64,000 nt of DNA from Candidatus Latescibacterota bacterium (GTDB lineage: Bacteria > Latescibacterota > UBA2968 > GCA-2709665), in the NCBI GenBank assembly GCA_965205485.1, contig OZ242180.1, positions 2,464,001 to 2,528,000 of the forward strand, in the 5' to 3' direction. A model generated the notes under the pieces. That model saw nothing but the letters and a program-made list of their open reading frames with translations, was not told where the DNA came from and made no database searches. The position numbers and the translations under genes are program-made. Position 1 is the stretch's first letter. Every line of letters begins with the position of its first letter. Of the stretch, positions 8,610-18,450 are shown in pieces.

Positions 8610-10976
8610 TCACAGGTGACGCGCCAGCCATTCCGCCATCTCCCAGAACACATGCATGACCGACTCCCGTGCGCTATAACCATGGCTCTCATGGGGCAGC
8701 ATCACGAGTCTCGTTGTCGCGCCGTGACCCTTCAGCGCATTGTACAGCCGCTCGCTCTGCATGGGAAACGTCCCGGAATTGTTGTCTGCCTGGCCATGAA
8801 TCAACAGCAGCGGCGCATCGATCCGGTCGGCATGCATAAAAGCCGACATGGAATGATAGACCTCCGGCGCCTGCCAGAGCGTACGCTCTTCAGACTGAAA
8901 ACCAAACGGCGTCAGCGTTCGGTTGTATGCGCCGCTCCGGGCGATTCCCGCCTTGAACAGATCGCTGTGCGCCAGGAGATTCGCCGCCATGAACCCGCCG
9001 TAGGAGTGTCCGCCGATCGCAATGCGGTCACGGTCCGCAACACCCCGGCGTACGACTTCCTCCACCGCCGCTTCGGCGCTGGATACCAGTTGGGTCACGT
9101 ACGAGTCGTTGGCTTCCACGCCGTCTTCTCCCACGATCGGCATGGTAGGCCCGTCCAGCACCGCGTATCCCTGCGTCAACCAGGGCAGCGGCGACGTCCA
9201 GGTCACGCGAGTGAATCGAAATCGGGAGCCCGTCACCTGTGCGGCGGCATCGGCGCTTCTGAACTCACGCGGATACGCCCACATCAGCAAGGGCAGCGGA
9301 CCCTGGTCATCGGAATACCCTGGCGGCAGATACAGGGTGCCGTTCAGGCCGGTCCCGTCCGCCCGCCGGTAACGGATGATTTCCTTCCGCACTTTCGACA
9401 GCTGCGGCGCGGGGTGGGGAAATGCGGTCAACTGACGGGTGTCTCCGGTCTCAAGCGCCCGCAAGAACACGTTTGGCGGGCTTTGGGCCGTTTCACGCAA
9501 CGTCAACAGCAGGCCGTCGTCCTTATCGATCAACCTGACGGGTCGCTCATAATACGGCGGTTCGCACTGCCATATCCGTTCCGCCGATTTCGTTTTCAGG
9601 TCGAGCCTGTCCAGGAACGGGAAATCACCCTCCGGAGACGCCCCACCGCCAGCGAGGAAGAGATGTCGGCCGCCGTCACCCGTCAGCAATACCCTCCGTC
9701 CTGAGAGATTTGGAGCCAGCAGCGGCACACCCGGATCGCCGTACCGGTCTTCCCACGACCGGTCGAAGAGCAATTTACGGTCGTTGGATGCTCCGTCCGG
9801 GGCAAACCGCCAGGTCCTGGTCCGGCGGGTCTTCCACCAGCGCTCGGTCAGCAACGCCATCGCGCCGTCGCCCCACGTCAATCCGGCGTACCGCATCTCG
9901 AGAGACTGCAACAACGCGGGTGTGCGATCGAAGGGTTCGGAGAGCGCGTACACGTGATCCCGCACGTCCGTCTCAACGGCCGGATCGCCGCCATCCTGCG
10001 CCTCCACCCAGCACACCGTGGCCTCCGCATCATTACGCCACCGGAACGAGCGCGGGCCATCGCGTACGGCATCGAACGCGATGGGGACATCCTCCGCCAG
10101 GGGCGCATCGACCAGTTCGCGAATCAACCGGCCGTCCATATTCCATAGTTCAACCCGAACGGGAAACCGATCATGCGGCACAAGGTACGAAAATGGCCTG
10201 TGGAGGGTCTCCAGGAGCAAATAGGCGCCTCCCGGCGCAGGCTCGGCCCGCCGGATGATTCCGGGGTTGCCCACCTCACGTTCGCTCCCGTCCAGTGTGA
10301 TCACAACCAGGCGGGACGTCGCATAGTATTGGAAAAGCGCTTCGTCGTGCGCCCCTTTCAACAGGTCCTGCCAGGTTCGCGAAGGCGCCAGCCGGCCGGT
10401 ATTTTCCCGGATCTCGGGGCCCCGTGGAACCTGAGGCGCCTCGGGGACTTCAGCCCGTTCCGCTGGTACAGCCCTGACGATCAGCGACGGGACCGACTCC
10501 GGTCTGGACGGTATCCAGGCGAACGGTGCGCCGAAGATGCCGTTCAAGCGGATTTCGGAGACCTTCCGCGCCGCAAGCGAGTCCACGCCGGCGCACCAGA
10601 GCGCGATCCCCGATCCGTCACGGACGGTAAAAGCAATACGGCTCCCGTCCGGCGCCCACTGCGGCGATCCGATACGGCCGTCGCGCGGCAGACCCGTCAC
10701 CGGGTGCAGCGATCCGTCCGAAATCCGCAATAGCGTCAGTCCCGTATAGTATCCCGACCGGCTCAGACCGTTGGCGCCTGGGTCGATGCGAAGGCCAGCA
10801 AGACGCAGCTCCGGCCGAGCCAGTTCGGATATGGGCGGCAGGCCCGGTTTCGCGAGCATCAGGATCCACCGGCCTTTGGGGTCCACGCTGAGGTCCGGCG
10901 TGCTCGGCGCGTCCAGCAGCGCAGCGATTTCTTCCGGCGGCATCCGGTATTCTGGTTCTTGTGAGGTGGGGTTCAT
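8610..10976 (-). CDS. S9 family serine peptidase (glutamyl endopeptidase-like) with beta-propeller
   Basis: GGHSYGG nucleophile elbow, GAYNRTLTPFGFQSE, HGQADNNSGT, LPHESHGY. Confidence 0.92.
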   Translation of the reverse strand: MNPTSQEPEYRMPPEEIAALLDAPSTPDLSVDPKGRWILMLAKPGLPPISELARPELRLAGLRIDPGANGLSRSGYYTGLTLLRISDGSLHPVTGLPRDGRIGSPQWAPDGSRIAFTVRDGSGIALWCAGVDSLAARKVSEIRLNGIFGAPFAWIPSRPESVPSLIVRAVPAERAEVPEAPQVPRGPEIRENTGRLAPSRTWQDLLKGAHDEALFQYYATSRLVVITLDGSEREVGNPGIIRRAEPAPGGAYLLLETLHRPFSYLVPHDRFPVRVELWNMDGRLIRELVDAPLAEDVPIAFDAVRDGPRSFRWRNDAEATVCWVEAQDGGDPAVETDVRDHVYALSEPFDRTPALLQSLEMRYAGLTWGDGAMALLTERWWKTRRTRTWRFAPDGASNDRKLLFDRSWEDRYGDPGVPLLAPNLSGRRVLLTGDGGRHLFLAGGGASPEGDFPFLDRLDLKTKSAERIWQCEPPYYERPVRLIDKDDGLLLTLRETAQSPPNVFLRALETGDTRQLTAFPHPAPQLSKVRKEIIRYRRADGTGLNGTLYLPPGYSDDQGPLPLLMWAYPREFRSADAAAQVTGSRFRFTRVTWTSPLPWLTQGYAVLDGPTMPIVGEDGVEANDSYVTQLVSSAEAAVEEVVRRGVADRDRIAIGGHSYGGFMAANLLAHSDLFKAGIARSGAYNRTLTPFGFQSEERTLWQAPEVYHSMSAFMHADRIDAPLLLIHGQADNNSGTFPMQSERLYNALKGHGATTRLVMLPHESHGYSARESVMHVFWEMAEWLARHL

Positions 10977-11026
10977 CTTTCCTTCGAGTTACGTCAACAC
11001 TAAGGGGAATCTCGGTTTTTCCCTAC

Positions 11027-12133
11027 CTATATTGCAACGGGCTCCAATCCATCCGCCGACCGCTGCCTGTTCACATCGTCAATCCGCCATGGAACCACGG
11101 AACCGTCGGCCCGATACCGATCATAATAGCCGTCCTCATAACGGGCGATCGGCATCAACGTCTTTCTTGAACGGACGTCCTCTAGCGCCAGCACATCCAT
11201 CGATTCGCCGCTGTCAAGGTCAATCACCTCGATCTCTTCCACCCGGCTGCGGCCCAGTCCGCGCTGGGCCGCAAACCTGAGATAGGGTGTCGTCTCGGGG
11301 TCCAGGCCCATCAGGTACGTCGCAACGGCATCGACGTGCACCTCGTTCTCGCCGATCAGGGTCCACCCCAGCGGATAATTTTCGCCCTCGTTGAACGCGG
11401 TACCGTCCCGTCCGATAAGCCCGTCGACCATGCAAAGCTGCGGAATATTCAGGGAACGAAGGGCGACCACCAGGTCGCACAACTTATGGTAGAACCGGTC
11501 TTCAAACAGACTCAACCCGCTGTCGGTCAGGCGCCAGATCCCGTTCTCGTGCGGCCGGTCAACGTCCTGGATATGACATAGATGGCGCTCCGGCCGCGCC
11601 AGGATTCCCATCAGGTTCTTGATGGCCAGGGTCGTACATCCCAGGTTGTGGCACTTCGCCAGCGGCACATTGAAAAAGAACGCGCAATCGGTCACGTCCC
11701 GATAAATCGGATAGGCTTTGAATACAACCCCCCCGGGCACCGGAACATTCCGGCTGGGGCGGTCGTTCAACTCGGTTAACGTCAACTTTCGGCTGTCCGC
11801 CATCCTCGTGTACCCGGCGCCCTTCCAGGTGTTTCCGTTTTCCGGCTGTTCGCCGGATTGTCCGTCCGCAACCACCAGCCTGCCGGCGTCGACGCCTTTC
11901 TCCACGAGCGCGTCGGCCATGCCCGCAAGGAAGCCCGGGTGGGTTACAATGCGTTTCTCCGCGGGAAACAGGACCGTTGCATTCGGCTTGAGCAGCACCG
12001 TTCCTTCATCGGGCAGCGCGAAGTCAATGCGCCGCAACGCCGCGTGGGCAAGATCCCTGTATGCCTCGAACGGCGCCTCGTTACCCTCAATCCCGGCTCG
12101 AAACAGGTAAACTCTGTCGCTGTCTATTCGCAT
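11027..12133 (-). CDS. DUF362 domain protein
   Basis: VLLKPN, THP, NVPLAKCH..TLAIKNLMG, DAVATYLMG pattern typical of DUF362. Confidence 0.8.
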   Translation of the reverse strand: MRIDSDRVYLFRAGIEGNEAPFEAYRDLAHAALRRIDFALPDEGTVLLKPNATVLFPAEKRIVTHPGFLAGMADALVEKGVDAGRLVVADGQSGEQPENGNTWKGAGYTRMADSRKLTLTELNDRPSRNVPVPGGVVFKAYPIYRDVTDCAFFFNVPLAKCHNLGCTTLAIKNLMGILARPERHLCHIQDVDRPHENGIWRLTDSGLSLFEDRFYHKLCDLVVALRSLNIPQLCMVDGLIGRDGTAFNEGENYPLGWTLIGENEVHVDAVATYLMGLDPETTPYLRFAAQRGLGRSRVEEIEVIDLDSGESMDVLALEDVRSRKTLMPIARYEDGYYDRYRADGSVVPWRIDDVNRQRSADGLEPVAI

Positions 12134-12198
12134 TCTGGCCTCTTCCCTCGTGTTTAACTGTTGTCGTCCCGCCGCGGATTTCGGATAATGTCCGCCCT

Positions 12199-12966
12199 TC
12201 ACCCCATCGCGTTCAGAACGATCTCCCGGCTTCGCCCGAGGGCATCGAGCGGATCGGGTAATTCCGGATGTAACTCGAGACTCAGATTCCCGCGGTAACC
12301 GATATCGGCAAGGGCGGAAACGGTATCAGCCAGCGCTGCTTCGGTCAGAATGCCGTCCGTCAGAGCCAGGTGCAAATCGCGCGAACCGTCATTGTCGTCC
12401 AGATGGACATACCCCAGCAGCGGTCCCGCTTCTGAAACCACGGCTGCCGGATCTTCGTCAGACATCTGCGCATGGCCGATATCCAGCAGCAGGAACAGGT
12501 TGGGATGTCCCACATCCCGCAGAAACGCGATCGTCCCCGCGGCGGTAGGGAGCGCGGAACCCGGGAAGTGTTCCACGCACACCCGCACGCCCATTGTGTC
12601 TCCCCGTTCGGCCAGCTTCTCCAATTCCGCCGCGTATCTGTCCAGAGACGACGGGTCTTCATCCGGAACGACGTAAGCGGCTGAAGCGCCCAGCGCTGCG
12701 CCAAAGGCCAGCGTCCGATCGAGATAGGAAGCGGCTCCCAACCGGGCGTCGCGGTTGGGACTGCTCAGACAGGCGTCTTCCGGCACACCGAACGATGCCG
12801 CGATACAGGAAACCATGAGCTCGTGCTCCCGGATTTTACGCCGTGCTCCGTCCGAAGAAAACGCGAACGGCCTTACGTCGATCCAATCGAACCCCAACGC
12901 GGCCGCACGCGCCGCGACCCGGCTTTCGGAGCCCTCGATAGCCCAAACGCAGCACGCAAGGTTCAT
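12199..12966 (-). CDS. Sugar phosphate isomerase/epimerase (xylose-isomerase-like TIM barrel)
   Basis: CVEH, LLDIGH, YVHLDDNDG..DLHL, SLELH metal ligands. Confidence 0.88.
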   Translation of the reverse strand: MNLACCVWAIEGSESRVAARAAALGFDWIDVRPFAFSSDGARRKIREHELMVSCIAASFGVPEDACLSSPNRDARLGAASYLDRTLAFGAALGASAAYVVPDEDPSSLDRYAAELEKLAERGDTMGVRVCVEHFPGSALPTAAGTIAFLRDVGHPNLFLLLDIGHAQMSDEDPAAVVSEAGPLLGYVHLDDNDGSRDLHLALTDGILTEAALADTVSALADIGYRGNLSLELHPELPDPLDALGRSREIVLNAMG

Positions 12967-13982
12967 ACGGGCGTCTCCCGCGTCTGAATAGCGTCGTCGA
13001 CCATATCGTACACCGTGTACCGGGCTTCATAGCCCAGCAGTCGTTCCGCCTTGCCGCTGGCAATATACCAGGGCCGTCGCGCGGTGGGAATGCAGGCCTT
13101 TATATGGGGCAATTCCAGCCGAGCAGCCAGAAAGTCAACGAACGCCTCCGCGCAATGCGGTTCGCGTCCTCCCATATTGAATACCTCTCCCACCGCCGCC
13201 GCTGTTCCCAGTACGCGCATACATCCCGCCGCGATATCACGGGCGTCCGCCCACTGCCTGACCTCGGGGTTACCGTCGCGATCCGCGTAGACGACAAGCT
13301 GCTCGCCGCCGTTGCACAGCGTTTCAAGTGTCGATTGCGTCTCCAGCTGCACGCCATTGGCCGCAGTTATCGTCCTGGCGTGGTCGATTGCCGCGCGGAG
13401 AAACAACCAGCGCGCGAACACGCTGTTCGGATTGACGAGTTCCCGGGCATCCGCCGTTGCGCCAAAGCGAAGGACCGTTACAGGTATGCCAAAACCGCGG
13501 CTGAAACTCTGACAGAGTTCCTCAGCGCCAATCTTGCTCTTGCTGGCGCCGTAGACCGAGCCCGCCAACAGGGGATAATCTTCGTCCACGGGAAGGTACC
13601 GGGCGTTTTCATCCGGTTTCTCCAAATAGACGGCATCGCTGCTGGCGTAAATAAAATGGGCCAGTTCGGGGACCCGGTCGCGGACTGCTTTCAGCAGATG
13701 AAACGTGCCCTGGACGTTGACCCGGACGAATTCTTCCTCGCGGCAGCCTCGAGACGTCAGTGCGCCGGCAAGGTGGAAGACCGCGTCCACACCGTCCACC
13801 GCGGCGCCGAGCGAGGCGGGTTCCTCGAGCCGTCCGAAGACGACGTCCACGCCCGATGGCAGATCCGCCGCCCGGTTATCGTGAGGCACCACCAGCGCCC
13901 TGACGGCATGCCCGGCATCGGTCAGCGTGCGCACCAGATGCCGCCCGATTCGCCCGGTCGCCCCCGTCGCGAGAACCCGCAA
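12963..13982 (-). CDS. NAD-dependent epimerase/dehydratase (extended SDR)
   Basis: TGATGRIG, FHLAG, ASSDAVY, YGASK; TTG start. Confidence 0.9.
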   Translation of the reverse strand: MRVLATGATGRIGRHLVRTLTDAGHAVRALVVPHDNRAADLPSGVDVVFGRLEEPASLGAAVDGVDAVFHLAGALTSRGCREEEFVRVNVQGTFHLLKAVRDRVPELAHFIYASSDAVYLEKPDENARYLPVDEDYPLLAGSVYGASKSKIGAEELCQSFSRGFGIPVTVLRFGATADARELVNPNSVFARWLFLRAAIDHARTITAANGVQLETQSTLETLCNGGEQLVVYADRDGNPEVRQWADARDIAAGCMRVLGTAAAVGEVFNMGGREPHCAEAFVDFLAARLELPHIKACIPTARRPWYIASGKAERLLGYEARYTVYDMVDDAIQTRETPV

Positions 13983-14001
13983 GATGAATCCTCCCTGGAA
14001 G

Positions 14002-15006
14002 TCACGTCCGGGACGCCAGGCCGCCTATCAGCGTGTCCACGTGCATGACGAATTCCAACGTCAGTTCGATGCGCGATCCCTGTGTCTCGTATCCGGTCCA
14101 GCGCCAGCAACCTTCAGGCTCTTGCGTCTGAACGTACCAGTCGCCCATGCGGCAGGACCATTCCAGGTACGCACGTTCGCCCGTCAGTTGATACAGGAGC
14201 GAACTTCCCCAGCTGCTCTTGCAGGCCTGGGCATACTTGAACTGCGCATCCGTCGCCGCCATCGAGAAGGCCTGATAGCGCCGCGCAAGCGCGAGGTATT
14301 CGGTGCAGGGTTCCGCCAGGTAGAGACGGCACAGGAATCCGGCCGCAATGCCACCAACGGTCCAGCGCTGCGGGCGATCCACACGGTTCTCCACCACGTG
14401 CCAGAAGCCATCGTCATCCGAAAAGTCGGTAATCACACCGCCCTTTCTGCAGGACCATGCGTAGCAAAAAGTTCTGGGCAGATCCGTCTGTGCCGAGTAA
14501 ATCCTCCGCAGGAACCGGTAAACCGATTGCGCGACATCCAGGCGGCCTGTCGCCAGGCACGCCAGTCCGGGTCCGCACGCGTACGGAATATCCAGGCGGT
14601 CGCTCATGCCGCCGCCGGGCAGCCGGTCGTTGTGAAACCCTCCGGATGTCCGATCCTGCCATGACAGCAGGTCCGGCATCAGCCCGCAGCTCAGATCGTA
14701 CTGCCGCGCGAGATGCGCGCCGACGATCAGCGTGGCATTCCGATAGGCGTACGCATCGTCAAACACCCGGTAGGGCCCCTCGATCCTGCCCTGTTCGGTC
14801 AACATCTCCCGCCGGATCCAGCTGCAGACTGCCGCCGCCGCCCCGGTTTCGCCGACAATGGCGAACGTCCACGGCGCCCTGTAGAAGTGAAAGCCCTCCG
14901 TGGGGTCTCCCAGGCACCCGTCCGCATTCAGATGGCGCAATAGCCATGCCACGCCGTTTCCGCGAACCGCTTTGAGCGCGGCGATGGTCTTTTGTTTATT
15001 CGACAT
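14002..15006 (-). CDS. Hypothetical alpha/alpha-toroid protein with QW-like (prenyltransferase/squalene cyclase-type) repeats
   Basis: WLLRHLNADGCL, LLSWQDRTSGGF and YVQTQEPEGCW repeats; in operon with the heparinase-like gene. Confidence 0.6.
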   Translation of the reverse strand: MSNKQKTIAALKAVRGNGVAWLLRHLNADGCLGDPTEGFHFYRAPWTFAIVGETGAAAAVCSWIRREMLTEQGRIEGPYRVFDDAYAYRNATLIVGAHLARQYDLSCGLMPDLLSWQDRTSGGFHNDRLPGGGMSDRLDIPYACGPGLACLATGRLDVAQSVYRFLRRIYSAQTDLPRTFCYAWSCRKGGVITDFSDDDGFWHVVENRVDRPQRWTVGGIAAGFLCRLYLAEPCTEYLALARRYQAFSMAATDAQFKYAQACKSSWGSSLLYQLTGERAYLEWSCRMGDWYVQTQEPEGCWRWTGYETQGSRIELTLEFVMHVDTLIGGLASRT

Positions 15007-15018
15007 TGGATAACCCGT

Positions 15019-18000
15019 TCACGCGCCTTCGATGCCCTGGAATCGTACAAGGTCCGGAACCTCCAGCCAATCCCCGGCGCCGACCATGGCGACCGAATAC
15101 CTGGGCCCGGCGTCGCCGTCGGCCACCGGGAAGTCTTCCATCGTCATCGGTCGTCTACCTTCGCGGTCGATCCGCCACCCGCCGTCCACCTTCGCGGCCA
15201 GCCGTCCCTGCGGTTCTCTCAGGCTGTTCAGCAGGGTCATACCTGCGTGCGCGTGCGGATTGGACGCGCTCGTGAGAAGGCGGTCGGCACGCACATCCAG
15301 CACCGGCCCGCCGGCCACGTTTACGTCTTCATCCCCGATAGAGAATCGCCGTCGGTCAATCACTTTCGACAACGTAACGCTGTCGGAGAATCCATCCGAG
15401 ACCACCGGAATGGCCTGTCCGGCCCGGAGGGTGTCCTCGATCACGGCGTCGGCGAGTTCGATGGTCCCGCGCCCGTAATCCACGGACGCGATCCGGCTGC
15501 GGCGCATTCCCTCTCCCCCCAGCCGCAAACCGTCCGTCTCCAGCGTCCTGCCGTTGAACAGCATCGCCCGGACGGGCCGACCCGTTTCGTCCAACGCCAG
15601 AATCGCCAGCTGCCCAGCTATTCTGATGTCGTTCTGCAACGTATACATCCTGTCCGCGTCCAGGGCGTGGAACAGATAGTGCGTGCTCCCGTCTTCCAGG
15701 TCCACCCTGACGGCGGCCGCCTGAAAACCGTCCGGCGTCAGTTCTATCCGTCTCGCGCGACGGATCCACGTTGTCTCCCAATAGGGTTCGAATACCGTGG
15801 CGAACACGCTGGAAAGATTGGTGCCGGTACGCCTGCGCACAAGGAACTTCACGCTCTCGGGCAGGTACTTGTACTTCTGTACCGGTCCATCGCACGCGAA
15901 CAGCTCCTCGTCTCTTCCAATCAGATGGGCCCGAAGTCCGATGCCCCGCCACGGGCGTTCCGGCTGGCCAGCAATGGGCACCGTAAGGCGCCATTCAGCG
16001 GTTGCCTCTCCGGTCAAGTTTCCTTTCTGAACATTGTACAAGAACTGGTAACCGCTGCCCCGGTAACCCGTGTATGGCACGCTTGACAATCGCTTGTCCT
16101 TCAGACCGGGGTCGTCGTAGAACTGCTCGTAGGGTACGTCCTCTCCCGCCAGCGTCCCGGTTTCCTGAACCGGGCCCAGCCCCGGCCGGCAGTCGAACGC
16201 CGCCTGATTGCCATGAAGCATGTAGTCGTGCTGCCGTCCCCCGTCCACGTAGAACGCGTCGAACAGGTAGTGCTGTCCGCGTGCGGCTTCAACCAGCACA
16301 TTTGCCCGTCTGTAGACATCGACCCTTCCGGCGTAGGCCCCCTCGCAGGAAGCATCAACGGCCTGTGCGAAACCCTCCATAACCAGTCCGTGAAGCCGTC
16401 CCGGCCCGCGACCCTGCCTCACTTCATCGACCACAACCGTGTTGTGCGCCACCGTATTGGTGAAAAAACCCGCGAGCCGGTGATTGAAGGCGTCCGTCTG
16501 CTCGGGGTATCCGATGTCGGTCAGCAGCGCGTTGTCGTGTGAGAAAAGCAGGATGTTCAACTGGTCGAAATGCCGGTGGGCCTGGTGGTCGCCGTAAAAG
16601 AACGAGACGGCCGAGCGGTTCGTTTCATCGCCGCACTGCAGATTGGCCATACCATACGCCGGAAAATGGCAGGACCGCAGACCGATCTCCGGTTTTTCGC
16701 CGTCCGGCCCAGCCGGAACCTGCGCCTCAACCGGTGTGCTGAAGAGGTCCTGGCGGGCGCCCGGCTGCGTTTTCAGGACCCAGGCGAGGCGGGCGTCGTC
16801 TACATACGGCAGCGCGAGTTGACATACGGCTGGCTGCCAGGCGCTCCGTTGCGCGAACATGTCGCCCGAATCTCCGGTGGAAGGGGTGAATTTTCCGGCA
16901 ATGCAGACGTCGAACGCCCAGGAGACCAGTTTCCCGTACCGTGGGTGTTTGAACAGATTCCCACCGGAGTCCGCCATCAACGCCGCCAGTTCCGTGAGGT
17001 CGTGTACCCAGATCTTGTTGTATTCGAGCGACTCATAAGGCATTCCGTCGCGGTAGACCAGGTTTTCGAGCGCATCCCGCAATCCCATATCCGTGGCCAT
17101 CACGGGATCCGGATTCGCCAGAACGTATTGAACCATCTCCTCGCTGCGAGGACGGCCTTCGGATGCCGCCAGCACCTGCGCCAGCGTCAGCAACGCCTTC
17201 TGGTGCATTCCGTAGTTGCCCCTGATGCGTCCACCCGCCGCGTTCAGAATGCACCTGGCTGCCTCGCACAGCAGACGATCCCGGATCGTGGCGTGGATCT
17301 CCGGGCCGTTCCTGTCCGCGAGACACTGGAGCTCAGTGTCGGTATTCAGATAGGGTCGTACCGCGTCGTAAGCGATCGCGCAGGTATGCGGGGGACGCGT
17401 CTCCCAGATCCTGTTGAACAACTTGCCCGTATATTCGGGATTGTGTTCCTTCGATTCCCTGGACTGTCGTTCGTATTTGTATTCGGGGTAATACTCGGCC
17501 AGCTGCCACAGCAGAAGCGCACACTTGTGGGCAAACCGTTTCGCGTTCTCTTCTTCGTCAGCCAGCACGGCCGCCTGTCCCAGGACTTCGATCGCTTCCA
17601 TCAGGAACCGCATCATGCTCCAATGCGCGTAATAGGCCACGAACCAGTAGTTTGCCGGTACCGGGTCTCCCGGACGATGCCACCCCCAACCGTCGTCGGC
17701 GTATGGACCGGTCAGCAGAGACCTGTCTTGCATTCCCGTGGCCAGGAATGCCTCGAAGTCGTTCGATGGATACGTCTCACCGCCCACGGGACATGTCACT
17801 TTATACGGACGGTCAAAGTCGATTATCCACCTGTATAGCCCCTGTTCGTGGACCTTGACCCCGTGTACCGGGCACCCGTCGTTGTGTACCTGGTATCCCC
17901 GCGGTACCTGAGGGGGTGAAACGATGGTGCGCAGCTTTGCATCTCCGTAGCGGGCCCAATGCTCCGCCTTTGTTAGTATCTCGGTTCTGTGCTCCCGGGC

Positions 18001-18168
18001 CCAGCCATAGTGCTCCAGATTGTGCCGGACCACGTCCATGCGGGCATCGGTATAGTACGTGCGCCTGTCGGAGGCATTGGCCGTACGAACCGCACCCGCT
18101 ATCATCAGCACGAATATGCCGGTGGCCAGCAGGCCCGCCGGCAAGACGGCGAAAAAGAAATCCATCAT
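15019..18168 (-). CDS. Heparinase II/III-like polysaccharide lyase family protein, N-terminal signal/anchor
   Basis: 1049 aa; GNYGMHQ, HRHFDQLNILL, DIGYP, NTVAHNTVVVDE typical of the Hepar_II_III C-terminal domain; CPVHG...CPVG cysteine pair. Confidence 0.8.
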   Translation of the reverse strand: MMDFFFAVLPAGLLATGIFVLMIAGAVRTANASDRRTYYTDARMDVVRHNLEHYGWAREHRTEILTKAEHWARYGDAKLRTIVSPPQVPRGYQVHNDGCPVHGVKVHEQGLYRWIIDFDRPYKVTCPVGGETYPSNDFEAFLATGMQDRSLLTGPYADDGWGWHRPGDPVPANYWFVAYYAHWSMMRFLMEAIEVLGQAAVLADEEENAKRFAHKCALLLWQLAEYYPEYKYERQSRESKEHNPEYTGKLFNRIWETRPPHTCAIAYDAVRPYLNTDTELQCLADRNGPEIHATIRDRLLCEAARCILNAAGGRIRGNYGMHQKALLTLAQVLAASEGRPRSEEMVQYVLANPDPVMATDMGLRDALENLVYRDGMPYESLEYNKIWVHDLTELAALMADSGGNLFKHPRYGKLVSWAFDVCIAGKFTPSTGDSGDMFAQRSAWQPAVCQLALPYVDDARLAWVLKTQPGARQDLFSTPVEAQVPAGPDGEKPEIGLRSCHFPAYGMANLQCGDETNRSAVSFFYGDHQAHRHFDQLNILLFSHDNALLTDIGYPEQTDAFNHRLAGFFTNTVAHNTVVVDEVRQGRGPGRLHGLVMEGFAQAVDASCEGAYAGRVDVYRRANVLVEAARGQHYLFDAFYVDGGRQHDYMLHGNQAAFDCRPGLGPVQETGTLAGEDVPYEQFYDDPGLKDKRLSSVPYTGYRGSGYQFLYNVQKGNLTGEATAEWRLTVPIAGQPERPWRGIGLRAHLIGRDEELFACDGPVQKYKYLPESVKFLVRRRTGTNLSSVFATVFEPYWETTWIRRARRIELTPDGFQAAAVRVDLEDGSTHYLFHALDADRMYTLQNDIRIAGQLAILALDETGRPVRAMLFNGRTLETDGLRLGGEGMRRSRIASVDYGRGTIELADAVIEDTLRAGQAIPVVSDGFSDSVTLSKVIDRRRFSIGDEDVNVAGGPVLDVRADRLLTSASNPHAHAGMTLLNSLREPQGRLAAKVDGGWRIDREGRRPMTMEDFPVADGDAGPRYSVAMVGAGDWLEVPDLVRFQGIEGA

Positions 18169-18233
18169 CGTAATTCCCGGTACAGGTTATCTTCAATCTC
18201 GGTCTACGCTGTTGTTCCTGCTCATGCGCGTGA

Positions 18234-18356
18234 TATATAGGCCGGGGCGGTTCGGGTTGTCAAGCGATTAATCTCATGCAGGGGGCATTTTACAACGGGG
18301 GGTACGCCGAGCGCGCCTGATCGCGACTTGACAGTGAATGATGCAGATATTATGAT
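18234..18356. promoter_or_regulatory. Divergent sigma70-type promoters
   Basis: Plus strand: TTGACA(18328)-17-TATGAT(18351). Minus strand: TTGACA(18263-18258)-18-TATATA. Confidence 0.65.
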
Positions 18357-18450
18357 GCAATGTCGGCATTGTTCCGCCCGCCGGAAACCGGGGCCCGGAC
18401 ATGGACAGACCGCAGGGGAGTCTGCGGTTTCAGTCAGGAGGTCGTTATTA

